Below, one piece after another: positions 19,880-29,485 of a DNA stretch of 64,000 bases; position 1 is the first letter of the stretch; every line of letters begins with the position of its first letter. A program made the translations under genes and the position numbers. Source of the stretch: an uncultured Methylomirabilota bacterium (GTDB lineage Bacteria; Methylomirabilota; Methylomirabilia; Methylomirabilales; 2-02-FULL-66-22); the NCBI GenBank assembly GCA_963845565.1, contig CAWJSJ010000002.1, positions 640,001 through 704,000 of the forward strand. Direction: 5' to 3'. A model generated the notes under the pieces. That model did no database searches. It saw only the letters and a list, made by a program, of their open reading frames with translations, and was not told where the DNA came from.

Positions 19880-21482
19880 GTGACTGAGATCCCGATCGTG
19901 TCCATCGTGACGTTCTTGCCCCTCCTGGGTGCGGCCCTCCTCCTGTGCGTGGACCGACGGCGGGAAGCCGCCATCAAGCACCTGGCCTTCGGCGTCTCCG
20001 CGGTCACGTTCCTGGTCTCGCTGGGGCTGTACGGGAACTTCCGGCTCGACGTGCCGGGGATGCAGTTCAGCGAGCGGGTACCCTGGATCGCCTGGCTGGG
20101 GGCGGAGTACCACGTCGGCGTGGACGGGATCAGCTTGCTGCTGGTCCTCCTCACCACGTTCCTGACGGCCGTCGCGATTCTTTCTTCCTACGCTGCCGTC
20201 ACCACGGCCGTCAAGGAGTACATGGTCTGTGTGCTGCTCCTGGAGACGGGCATGCTGGGCGTGTTCGTGGCGCTCGACCTGGTCCTCTTCTACGTATTCT
20301 GGGAGGGAATGCTGATCCCGATGTACTTCCTGATCGGGATCTGGGGCGGGCCCCGCCGAATTTACGCGACCATCAAGTTCTTCCTGTACACGATGGCGGG
20401 CGGCGTCCTGATGCTGGTCGGCATCATCGCCCTCTACTTCCTGAGCGGCGGGCGGCCCCGGCGGCGAATACACGTTCGATCTGCTCAAGCTTTCAGCCCT
20501 GGATCTCCCCTTTCAGGTCCAGGCGTGGCTCTTCCTGGCCTTTGCCGTCGCTTTTGCCATCAAGGTGCCCATGTTCCCCTTCCACACCTGGCTGCCCGAC
20601 GCCCACGTGGAGGCGCCGACGGCCGGCTCGGTGATCCTGGCCGGGGTGCTCCTGAAGATGGGGACCTACGGTTTTCTCCGCTTCGCGTTGCCGCTCTTCC
20701 CGGACGCGACCCGGTACTTCACGCCGCTCTTCTCCTGGCTGGCGATCATCGGGATCCTCTACGGGGCGCTGGTGTCCATGGTCCAACCGGACCTCAAGAA
20801 GCTGGTGGCCTACAGCTCCGTGAGCCATCTCGGCTTCGTCATGCTGGGGATCTTTGCGCTGACCGCGCAGGGGGTCGCGGGGGCGATCCTGCAGATGATC
20901 AACCACGGCCTGTCCACCGGCGCGCTGTTCCTGCTGGTGGGGATGCTCTACGAGCGTCGGCACACGCGGATGATCCAGGACTTCGGCGGCCTGGCCCGGA
21001 TCGTCCCCGTCTTCACGGCGGCCTTCCTGATCGTGACCCTCTCGTCCATCGGGCTGCCGGGCCTGAACGGGTTCGTGGGCGAGTTCCTGATCTTGGTGGG
21101 CACCTTCCGGGTGAACGTCCTGTATGCCGTGCTGGCGACGGCGGGCATCATCCTGGCCGCGGTCTACATGTTGTGGATGTTCCAGCGGGTGATGTTCGGC
21201 CCGGTGACGCAAGAGGCGAACCGCGGACTCGTCGACCTGACGCCACGCGAGATCGCGGTCCTGGCGCCGGTCCTGGCCCTGATCGTCTGGATCGGGATTT
21301 ATCCCCAGCCGTTCCTGCGCACGACCGAGGCCTCGGTGGCGCAACTCCTCGCGCGGGTGCAGGAGAGGAAGGAAATGAGAGCCACGAGCCACGAGCCACG
21401 AGCCACGAGCCGCGAGATCAGAGCCGCGAGCTGGGCGCGGCATGCGAGCGAGACCGGAGGAGAAGGGCGCGATGGACGGTAG
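19880..21482 (+). pseudogene. nuoM: NADH-quinone oxidoreductase subunit M with an apparent +1 frameshift near 20450 (may be a sequencing error)
   Basis: The N-half (GVDGIS, FWEGMLIPMYFLIGIWGG) and the C-half (EYTFDL...[21 protein letters not shown]) are in different frames joined in the GC run agcggcgggcggcccc. Confidence 0.9.
21377..21430 (+). repeat. 7-bp tandem repeat (GAGCCAC)4 in the nuoM 3' tail
   Basis: GAGCCAC x4 followed by GAGCCGC units; translates as [13 protein letters not shown]. Confidence 0.8.
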
Positions 21483-22929
21483 TCTGCCTCAGGTCTCCTG
21501 GGGGGCCTTGCTGCCCTTCCTGCTGATCACCGGGACGGGCCTCTTGGTCCTGGTCCTGGACCCGCTGATGAGCCCGGAGCGGCGCGACCGGCTTCCCGTG
21601 CTGAGCCTGGGGGGCGTGGTGTGCGCCGCCCTCGCGCTCGTGTGGCGGTGGGATCAATCCGACATCGTCTTCGGGGGGATGCTGGCGGCCGACGGCTTCG
21701 CCCTGTTCTTCAATCTGTTGTTTCTGTTGGTGGCGGGGCTCACGCTGCTGATCTCGATCGCCTACATCCGTCGCACCGGTTTGGAGCACGGCGAGTACTC
21801 CGCGCTCCTCCTCTTCAGCACCCTGGGGATGATGATCATGGCCAGCAGCCTGGACCTGATGACCATCTTCCTGGGGCTGGAGACCCTCTCGATCTCTCTC
21901 TACATCCTGGCGGGGTTTCTCCGGGATCAGATCCGGTCCAACGAGGCGGCCCTGAAGTATCTGCTCCTGGGGGCCTTCGCGTCGGGTTTCGTCCTGTACG
22001 GCATCGCCCTGGTGTACGGCGCGACGGGGAGCATCAATCTGACGCGCGTGGCCCGGGCGCTGGCGCTGGGGCAGGTACACGACCCGACCCTGCTCACCAT
22101 CGGCATGGGCCTCTTGATCGTCGGGTTCGGGTTCAAGGTGGCCGCGGTTCCCTTCCACATGTGGGCGCCGGACGTGTACGAAGGCGCCCCGACGTCGGTG
22201 ACGGCCTTCATGATTGCGGGCACCAAGGCGGCGGCGTTCGCCGCACTCCTGCGGATCCTGATGACCGCGCTCCCGGCGCTTCAGCCGGACTGGAGCCGCG
22301 TGCTCTGGGTCCTGGCGGTCGCGACCATGACGGTGGGCAACGTGGTGGCGCTCGCCCAGACCAACATCAAGCGGATGCTGGCCTATAGCTCCATCGCCCA
22401 CGCGGGGTACGTCCTGGTGGCCCTGGTGACCGGGACCAAGCTGGGGAGCGGCGCCATCCTCTTCTATCTGCTGGCGTACGCCCTCATGAACCTGGGCGCC
22501 TTCGCCGTCGTGGTGGCCGCGGCGCGCCGCGAGGACGAGCGGTTGACCATCGACGACTATGCCGGGATGGGGCTCACCCGCCCCGCCCTGGGGGCGGCGA
22601 TGGCCGTATTCATGTTCTCGTTGGCGGGCGTGCCCCCCACGGCGGGGTTTATGGGGAAGCTCTACGTCTTCAGTGCGGCCATCCAGGGGAACTACCTCGG
22701 GCTGGCGATCATCGGCGTGGCGAACAGCGTGATCTCGGCCTTCTACTACCTCCGGATCACGGTGGTGATGTACATGGTTCCCGGGCAGGACGCGCCCCCG
22801 GCAGACCGCCTGTCGCCGGCCCTGGTGGCGGCCATCCTGATCGCCGTCGGGGGGACGCTGCTCCTCGGCCTCTTCCCATCCGGCATCCTCGACGTCGCCC
22901 TGCGTTCGGTGGCGGCGCTTCTCGGCTGA
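21472..22929 (+). CDS. nuoN: NADH-quinone oxidoreductase subunit N
   Basis: [40 protein letters not shown] before ATG 21472. Confidence 0.96.
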   Translation: MDGSLPQVSWGALLPFLLITGTGLLVLVLDPLMSPERRDRLPVLSLGGVVCAALALVWRWDQSDIVFGGMLAADGFALFFNLLFLLVAGLTLLISIAYIRRTGLEHGEYSALLLFSTLGMMIMASSLDLMTIFLGLETLSISLYILAGFLRDQIRSNEAALKYLLLGAFASGFVLYGIALVYGATGSINLTRVARALALGQVHDPTLLTIGMGLLIVGFGFKVAAVPFHMWAPDVYEGAPTSVTAFMIAGTKAAAFAALLRILMTALPALQPDWSRVLWVLAVATMTVGNVVALAQTNIKRMLAYSSIAHAGYVLVALVTGTKLGSGAILFYLLAYALMNLGAFAVVVAAARREDERLTIDDYAGMGLTRPALGAAMAVFMFSLAGVPPTAGFMGKLYVFSAAIQGNYLGLAIIGVANSVISAFYYLRITVVMYMVPGQDAPPADRLSPALVAAILIAVGGTLLLGLFPSGILDVALRSVAALLG

Positions 22930-22960
22930 GCCGGGCGAGCCCCCGGCGGAGGCGGACACC

Positions 22961-23635
22961 ATGAAGCCGATGAAGATTCCCGAAAAGACCGTGACACGGC
23001 TGTCCATCTATCTCCGTTGTCTGGAGGAGCTGGAAGTGGGCGGGGTGACCTCCGTGTCGTCTCGCCAATTGGCGGAGCGGTTCGGGCTGAACTCCGCCCA
23101 GGTGCGCAAGGACCTGGCCTACTTCGGGCAGTTTGGCGTGCGGGGGCTGGGCTATTACATCGCCGAGCTGAAACACAACCTGGAACGCATCCTGGGGCTC
23201 AAGCAGGACTGGGAGGTGGCGCTGGTCGGCGTCGGGAATCTCGGCTCGGCCCTGATCGCCTACAAGGGGTTTCAGGCCCGCGGGTTCAAGATCGGCATGG
23301 CCTTCGACGCCGACCCGGCCAAGGTGGGACAGGTCGTGGGCGACGTGCCGATCGTGGAGATCGCGAAGCTGGTCCAGACGGTGCGCCGCAAGAAAGTCAA
23401 GATCGCCGTGGTGGCCGTCCCCGCCACGGCCGCCCAGTCGGTGGCGGACCTTCTGGTCGAGGGCGGGGTGACCGCCATCCTGAATTTCGCGCCGGCCCAA
23501 CTCACGGTGCCCGACGGAATCAAGGTGCAGAACGTGGACCTCTCGGTCCTCCTGAAGACCCTCTCGTACCACACGGTGCGGACCAGCCGCCCCGGGCCGC
23601 AGCGCACGGAACCCCGCACCCCCGGTTCGGCGTAA
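22961..23635 (+). CDS. rex: Redox-sensing transcriptional repressor Rex
   Basis: TVTRLSIYLR; QVRKDLAYFGQFGVRGLGY; GVGNLGSAL Rossmann motif; ILNFAP. Confidence 0.95.
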   Translation: MKPMKIPEKTVTRLSIYLRCLEELEVGGVTSVSSRQLAERFGLNSAQVRKDLAYFGQFGVRGLGYYIAELKHNLERILGLKQDWEVALVGVGNLGSALIAYKGFQARGFKIGMAFDADPAKVGQVVGDVPIVEIAKLVQTVRRKKVKIAVVAVPATAAQSVADLLVEGGVTAILNFAPAQLTVPDGIKVQNVDLSVLLKTLSYHTVRTSRPGPQRTEPRTPGSA

Positions 23636-23664
23636 GCCGTGCACGTACTCGTAACGGCTCCTAA
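23633..23664 (+). mobile_element. Minimal family-A remnant at the rex stop
   Basis: TAAGCCGT...TCGTAACGGCTCCTAA, i.e. both family-A ends joined by 8 nt. Confidence 0.55.
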
Positions 23665-23884
23665 CGCGCGCCCGCGCCCGGCGCATCGCCCGTCGCCGGA
23701 CTCGTTCTGTGGGCGCCCATCGCTTGCCTCTTGCAACCCTGGATCGCTTCTGATAAGGAGTGGCCAGCGCGGGGGCGGTCGGGGCTTGCCCTCCCCGCGG
23801 GTTCTCTGGTAGGAATGCGGACGCCGACCGTCCGGATCTCCCGAGTCGGCGAGGTGCCGCGTCGTACCCGAAGGAGGGTGTGCG

Positions 23885-24316
23885 ATGACGCTGGAACAGA
23901 TCTCGGTGTTCCTGGAGAACCGCTCGGGTCGTCTGGCAGAGATCACGGGCGTCCTCGCCCGGAACGGCATCAACATCCGGGCGCTCTCGCTGGCGGACAC
24001 GGCCGACTTCGGAATCTTGCGCCTCATCGTGGACCGGCCGCAGCCGGCGACGCGCGTCCTGAAGGAGCACGGGTTCACGGTCGGCCTCACCGAGATGGTC
24101 GCGCTCGAGCTTCCCGACAAACCCGGGGGGTTGTGGGGAATCCTCACCACGCTGGAAGCCGCCGGCATGAACGTCGAGTATATGTACGCGTTCGTGCAGA
24201 AGGCGTCCGAGAACGCGGTCATCATCTTTCGCTTCGACAACCCGGCGCGGGCCGTCCAGGTCTTGCAAGAGGCCGGCATGCGGGTGCTGGCCGGCGAGGA
24301 CATCTATGCGATGTGA
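23885..24316 (+). CDS. Tandem ACT-domain protein
   Basis: [14 protein letters not shown]...INIRAL; second ACT PDKPGGL...NVEYMYAF; this family is often adjacent to aryl-CoA ligases. Confidence 0.9.
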   Translation: MTLEQISVFLENRSGRLAEITGVLARNGINIRALSLADTADFGILRLIVDRPQPATRVLKEHGFTVGLTEMVALELPDKPGGLWGILTTLEAAGMNVEYMYAFVQKASENAVIIFRFDNPARAVQVLQEAGMRVLAGEDIYAM

Positions 24317-24350
24317 GCGGTGGGTGTCCGCAAGGACAAGGAGGGCCGGC

Positions 24351-25508
24351 ATGAGGCGCATCGGCGTGATCTTCGTTGCGGTGTGGAGCGTGGTCGCTGC
24401 GGCGGCGGCGGATGCGCCCCCCGCCCAGGCCGCGGACCCGATCCGGATCGGGGCCATCTTCTCGGTGACGGGCCCGGCCTCGTTCCTGGGGGAGCCCGAA
24501 CGCAACACGGTGAAGATGCTGGAGGAGGACCTCAACAAGGCGGGCGGTCTCTTGGGCCGGAAGCTCGAGATCATCGTCTACGACGACGAGAGTGATGCGA
24601 CCAAAGCGGTCACCGCCGTGGATCGCCTCCTCAAGCGAGATCGGGTGGTCGCCATCGTGGGTCCGAGCACCTCGGGGAGCACCCTGGCCGTTGTCTCCAA
24701 GGTGGAAGAGGCCAAGGTCCCCCTGGTCTCGTGCGCGGCCGCCAAGAAGATCGTGGAGCCGGTGAAGCGCTGGGTGTTCAAGGTGGCCGCCAGCGACATC
24801 CTGGCGGTCAAGAAGATCTTCACCGACCTCAAACAGCGGGGCCTCACGAAAGTCGCCATTCTCACCGCCTCGGATGCCTACGGGGCCGGCGGGCGGGAAG
24901 ACATCAAGGAGCTCGCCCCGCGGACGGGGATCACCCTGGCTGCCGACGAGGTGTTCGGCCCCAAAGACACCGACATGACCGCCCAGCTCACCCGGATCAA
25001 GGGCACGGCGGCCCAGGCCATCATCGTCTGGGGAACCAACCCCGGGCCGGCCGTCATCGCCCGGAACCGCGCCCAGCTCCGGATCGCAACGCCGCTCTAC
25101 ATGAGCTCGGGGGTCGCCTCCAAGAAGTTCATCGAGCTGGCGGGGCCGGACAGCGTCGCGGGGATCCTGTTGCCGGCGGGGCGGCTGCTGGTGGAAGGGC
25201 AGCTTCCCGGCAGCCACCCCCAGAAGAAGATCCTGTCCGGCTATATCACGGAGTACGAGAAGCGGTTCGCGCAGCCCGTCTCGACGTTCGGCGGTCATGC
25301 GTGGGATGCGGTCATGGTGGTCGCCCAGGCGATCCGCAATGGCGCGTCCGCCGAACCGGCGGCGATCCGGGATGCGCTGGAGAAGATCCGGGGCTTCTAC
25401 GGCACCGCCGGGGAGTTCAACTTTTCGCCGGAAGACCACAGCGGCCTCACGGAGGACGCCTTCGCGATGATCCGGATCGCCAAGGGCGACTGGGAGATGC
25501 TGCCGTAA
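24351..25508 (+). CDS. Liv-type ABC transporter substrate-binding protein (copy 1)
   Basis: Signal peptide; IRIGAIFSVTGPASFLG; DTDMTAQLTRIK. Confidence 0.9.
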   Translation: MRRIGVIFVAVWSVVAAAAADAPPAQAADPIRIGAIFSVTGPASFLGEPERNTVKMLEEDLNKAGGLLGRKLEIIVYDDESDATKAVTAVDRLLKRDRVVAIVGPSTSGSTLAVVSKVEEAKVPLVSCAAAKKIVEPVKRWVFKVAASDILAVKKIFTDLKQRGLTKVAILTASDAYGAGGREDIKELAPRTGITLAADEVFGPKDTDMTAQLTRIKGTAAQAIIVWGTNPGPAVIARNRAQLRIATPLYMSSGVASKKFIELAGPDSVAGILLPAGRLLVEGQLPGSHPQKKILSGYITEYEKRFAQPVSTFGGHAWDAVMVVAQAIRNGASAEPAAIRDALEKIRGFYGTAGEFNFSPEDHSGLTEDAFAMIRIAKGDWEMLP

Positions 25509-25589
25509 GTCGCGCGAGCGCCCGCGCGGCCGGGGAGACTGCGGAGCGGCGCACCATCGATGTCGTGGGCGAGACACAAGGGGGGGGAC

Positions 25590-26738
25590 ATGTGGAGACT
25601 GCTGGTGACGTGCCTGCTGGGCCTGGTCGGGGCGTTCTCGTGGGGGACGCCCGCCGGCGCGGGTGAGCCGATCCGGATCGGGGCCATCTTCTCGGTGACG
25701 GGCCCCGCCTCGTTCCTGGGGGAGCCCGAACGCAACACGGTGAAGATGCTGGAGGAGGACCTCAACAAGGCGGGCGGTCTCTTGGGCCGGAAGCTCGAGA
25801 TCATCGTCTACGACGATGAGAGCGACGCCACGAAGGCCGTGACGGCCGTGGACCGGCTCATCAAGCGGGACCGCGTCGTGGCGGTGGTCGGACCCAGCAC
25901 CTCCGGGAGCACGCTGGCCATCATCCCGAAGATCGAGGAGGCCCAGATCCCACTCCTCTCCTGCGCGGCGGCGCACAAGATCGTCGATCCGGTCAAGCCG
26001 TGGACCTTCAAGACCCCTCAGAGCGATCTGCTGGCGGTCAAGAGGATCTACCAGCACGCCAAGCAGAACGGCCTCACCCGGGTGGCCATCCTCACCGTGT
26101 CTGATGCCTTTGGCGCGGCGGGGCGTGAGGAGCTGAAGGCTCTGGCGGGCCCCATGGGCGTGACCCTCGTGGCCGATGAGGTCTTCGGGCCCAAGGACAC
26201 CGACATGACGGCCCAGCTCACCCGGATCAAGGGCACGGACGCCCAGGCCATCGTCACCTGGGGGACGAATCCGGGGCCCGCCGTGGTGGCGCGGAACCGC
26301 GCACAGCTCAAGATGGCGATCCCGCTGTACATGAGCCACGGGGTTGCCTCCAAGAAGTTCATCGAGCTGGCGGGGCCGGAAAGCGCCGAGGGAATCCTGT
26401 TGCCGGCAGGGCGCCTGATCGTCGCGGATCAGTTGGCGAAGGACCAACCCCAGAAGGCGATCTTGACCGCGTACATCCGCGAGTACGAGGCGAAGTTCCG
26501 CCAGCCGATCTCGACCTTCGGAGGCCACGCCTGGGACGCCTTGATGCTGGCGGTGCAGGCCATCCGGAACGCCAAATCGGCGGAGCCCGCCGCCATCCGG
26601 GACGCGCTGGAAAAGATCCGGGGCTTCTACGGGACGGCCGGGGAGTTCAATTTCTCGCCGAAAGACCACAACGGCCTGACCGAGGAGGCGTTCGTCATGG
26701 TGCGCATCACCAAGGGCGACTGGGAGATGCTGCGTTAG
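25590..26738 (+). CDS. Liv-type ABC transporter substrate-binding protein (copy 2)
   Basis: Tandem paralog of 24351-25508 with a different signal peptide. Confidence 0.9.
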   Translation: MWRLLVTCLLGLVGAFSWGTPAGAGEPIRIGAIFSVTGPASFLGEPERNTVKMLEEDLNKAGGLLGRKLEIIVYDDESDATKAVTAVDRLIKRDRVVAVVGPSTSGSTLAIIPKIEEAQIPLLSCAAAHKIVDPVKPWTFKTPQSDLLAVKRIYQHAKQNGLTRVAILTVSDAFGAAGREELKALAGPMGVTLVADEVFGPKDTDMTAQLTRIKGTDAQAIVTWGTNPGPAVVARNRAQLKMAIPLYMSHGVASKKFIELAGPESAEGILLPAGRLIVADQLAKDQPQKAILTAYIREYEAKFRQPISTFGGHAWDALMLAVQAIRNAKSAEPAAIRDALEKIRGFYGTAGEFNFSPKDHNGLTEEAFVMVRITKGDWEMLR

Positions 26739-26840
26739 GAGCCGTTACGAAATAACCTAGACATCTCTTTCTATTTCGTTACGGCTCCTTATGCCGTTTC
26801 GGAATGTCTCCGCTCAACTTATTCTTTGAGAACGGCTTAG
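26735..26840 (-). mobile_element. MITE-like element, family A (full copy, reverse orientation)
   Basis: Reverse complement of 9405-9510 with only a few substitutions; fills the whole spacer between the binding-protein and permease genes. Confidence 0.8.
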
Positions 26841-26842
26841 CC

Positions 26843-27727
26843 ATGGCGTCGCCATCGGATCTCCTGCAATACGCGATTTCCGGAGCGACCCTGGGGTCCA
26901 CCTACGGGCTCGCCGGCCTCGGGTTCACGGTGATCTTCAACACCACGGAGATCATCAACCTCGCCCAGGGCGAGTTCGTGATGCTCGGGGGCATGCTGGC
27001 CGTCTTCGCCATCCGCTGGGGCGGGCTGCCGCTCGCGGTGGCCGTCCCCCTCGCCATCGGTCTGACCACGCTGGTGGGAGTCGCGGTCGATCGGCTCACC
27101 ATCCGGCCGGTGCGCGGGCGCTCCGTCATCGTCCTGATCATCATCACCATCGGGGTGTCCATCGTCCTGCGCGGGGCGGCCATGCTGATCTTCGGCAAGG
27201 ACACCTACCCCCTCCCGGGCTTCTCCGGCGGCGAATCGCTCGATTTCTTCGGCGCCTCGCTCCTTCCTCAGAACCTGTGGGTGGGCGGCATCACCCTGTG
27301 CACGTTGGTTGCGATGAAGTTGTATTTCGATCGAACGATCTCGGGGAAAGCGATGCTGGCCTGCGCGTGCGATCGGAAGGCGGCCTCGCTGATGGGCATC
27401 GACGTGGACGCGATGGTGACGCTGTCGTTCGCCTTCTCCGCGCTGGTGGGCGCGCTGGGCGGCGCCATCCTGGCTCCCATCACACTCACCTCCTACGACG
27501 TGGGGATCCTCCTGGGATTGAAAGGCTTCGCCGCCTGCATCCTGGGAGGATTGGGGAACCCCTTCGGCGCCGTGGCGGGCGGGGTGATCCTGGGGGTGCT
27601 GGAGTCGCTGTCGGCGGGGCTGATCTCGTCCGGGTACAAGGACGCGGTGGCCTTCGTCATCCTGCTGACGCTCCTGTTCGTCCGCCCCTCCGGCCTGTTC
27701 GGTCGGCGCGGCGCGGAGCGGGTCTGA
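26843..27727 (+). CDS. livH: Branched-chain-type ABC permease, LivH-like
   Basis: INLAQGEFVMLGG; LKGFAACILGGLGNPFGA; VRPSGLFG. Confidence 0.85.
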   Translation: MASPSDLLQYAISGATLGSTYGLAGLGFTVIFNTTEIINLAQGEFVMLGGMLAVFAIRWGGLPLAVAVPLAIGLTTLVGVAVDRLTIRPVRGRSVIVLIIITIGVSIVLRGAAMLIFGKDTYPLPGFSGGESLDFFGASLLPQNLWVGGITLCTLVAMKLYFDRTISGKAMLACACDRKAASLMGIDVDAMVTLSFAFSALVGALGGAILAPITLTSYDVGILLGLKGFAACILGGLGNPFGAVAGGVILGVLESLSAGLISSGYKDAVAFVILLTLLFVRPSGLFGRRGAERV

Positions 27728-27728
27728 C

Positions 27729-28712
27729 ATGGCCGACCGGCAGACGCAGGGGCACCGTCTCGGGGTCGTCGCCCTCGCCGCCGGCCTGGCGGTTCTTCCG
27801 CTCGGCCTCCCGAACGACTATTATTTGACCGTACTGATCGTGGCGGGGTTTCACACGATCGTGACGATGGGGCTGAACCTCCTCATGGGATACGCGGGCC
27901 AGGTGTCCCTGGGGCACGCCGCCTTCTACGGGATCGCCGCCTACACGACGGGGATTCTCACCGCCAAGTTCCACTGGCCGGTGGCCGCCGGAATCGCCGC
28001 CGGAATCGCCCTGGTGCTCGTGGTGGCCGCCGGGATCGCCGTGCCCACGCTGCGCCTCCGGGGGCATTATCTGGCCATGGGAACGCTGGGCTTCGGCGTC
28101 ATCGTCTACATCGTCTTGAATGAGGCCACGGGCCTCACCGGCGGTCCGTCGGGCCTCACCGGCATCCCGAAGCTGACCATCGCCGGCTTCCCGGTCGCGA
28201 CGGACCTGGGGTTCTACTACGTGGTGTGGGGCACGGCGCTGCTCCTGTTCCTGCTGGCGCAGAACCTGGTGCGGTCGCGCCTCGGGCGGGCCCTGCGGGC
28301 CATCCACACCAGCGAGACGGCCGCCGCCGTTCTGGGGGTGGACACGGAGCGCTACAAGATCGGCGTCTTCATCCTGAGCGCGCTCTACGCCGCGGTGGCG
28401 GGGGCGCTGTACGCGCATTACGTGAGCTTCGTCTCGCCGGGAAGCTTCGGGTTCCACGCGTCCATCCAGTTCGTGACGATGGTGGTCCTGGGGGGCATGG
28501 GGTCCTTGTGGGGGGCCGTGGCGGGTGCCGTGTTTCTCACCGCGCTCCCGGAGGTCCTCCGGGCGATCGAAGACTACGACATCCTGCTGTACGGCGGCCT
28601 GCTGATCCTGTGCATGATCTTCCTGCCGGGGGGGCTGGCGGAGGGGACCGAGCGGCTGGTGCGGGCGCTCCGGCCGGGCCGACGGCCGGCGGCAACCGGA
28701 GAGGTGCGGTAG
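27729..28712 (+). CDS. livM: Branched-chain-type ABC permease, LivM-like
   Basis: GLNLLMGYAGQVSLGHAAFYG; LRLRGHYLAM; VVLGGMGS. Confidence 0.85.
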   Translation: MADRQTQGHRLGVVALAAGLAVLPLGLPNDYYLTVLIVAGFHTIVTMGLNLLMGYAGQVSLGHAAFYGIAAYTTGILTAKFHWPVAAGIAAGIALVLVVAAGIAVPTLRLRGHYLAMGTLGFGVIVYIVLNEATGLTGGPSGLTGIPKLTIAGFPVATDLGFYYVVWGTALLLFLLAQNLVRSRLGRALRAIHTSETAAAVLGVDTERYKIGVFILSALYAAVAGALYAHYVSFVSPGSFGFHASIQFVTMVVLGGMGSLWGAVAGAVFLTALPEVLRAIEDYDILLYGGLLILCMIFLPGGLAEGTERLVRALRPGRRPAATGEVR

Positions 28713-29479
28713 TGGCGGGCACGGCGCTCCTCCGCGGCCAGGGGATCACGCTGCATTTCGGGGGCGTCACCGCGCTGCAGGACGTCTCGTTCGCCGTGGA
28801 GCGCGGGCGCCTGCAGACCATCATCGGACCCAATGGCGCCGGCAAGACGTCGCTGTTCAACGTCATCACCGGGCTGTACGCGATGGACGCGGGGGACATC
28901 CACCTGGAGGAGCGGCGAATCTCCCACCTTCCGCCGCACGCGATCGCGCGGGCCGGCATCGTGCGCACGTTTCAGAATCTGGAGCTCTTCGCCAACATGA
29001 CGGTGCTGGAGAACGTCCTCACCGGGGGACACCTGCTGGTGCGGTACGGGGCAGTCGATTGGTGCTTCCGATCCCGGCGATTCCGGCGGGAGGAGGCGGC
29101 GCTGCGCGCCAAGGCGGAAGCGGCGCTGGCGTTCGTGGGCTTGTCCGCCCAGCACGATGTCCCGGCGGGCAATTTGCCGTTCGGCTCCGCGCGCCTGCTG
29201 GAGATCGCGCGCGCGCTCTGCGCCGAGCCGAAGGTGCTCCTGCTGGACGAGCCGGCGGCGGGGCTGAACCTGCGCGAGACGACGGTGCTGGGGGACATCA
29301 TCCGGCGCATCGTGGAGCGCGGCATCACCGCGGTGATGGTCGAGCACGACATGGACCTGGTCATGCGGGTCTCGGATCACGTCCTGGTGCTGAACTACGG
29401 CGAGGTGATCGCCGAGGGGACCCCGGCCGAGGTGCAAAAACATCCCGCCGTGATCGCCGCCTACCTGGGCGAGGAGTGA
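28712..29479 (+). CDS. livG: ABC ATP-binding protein, LivG-like
   Basis: GPNGAGKTS; RTFQN; LLDEPAAGLN; EHDM; AYLG. Confidence 0.88.
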   Translation: MAGTALLRGQGITLHFGGVTALQDVSFAVERGRLQTIIGPNGAGKTSLFNVITGLYAMDAGDIHLEERRISHLPPHAIARAGIVRTFQNLELFANMTVLENVLTGGHLLVRYGAVDWCFRSRRFRREEAALRAKAEAALAFVGLSAQHDVPAGNLPFGSARLLEIARALCAEPKVLLLDEPAAGLNLRETTVLGDIIRRIVERGITAVMVEHDMDLVMRVSDHVLVLNYGEVIAEGTPAEVQKHPAVIAAYLGEE

Positions 29480-29485
29480 CGCCGG

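Noticed and set aside
20441..20471. Programmed ribosomal frameshift in nuoM
   Set aside because: No recognisable slippery sequence and no precedent known to me; an indel error is simpler.
26804..26842. Longer livH start (MSPLNLFFENGLA) from the ORF track
   Set aside because: It lies inside the family-A element; a near-identical peptide begins the spurious ORF 8632-9441 from the other copy.
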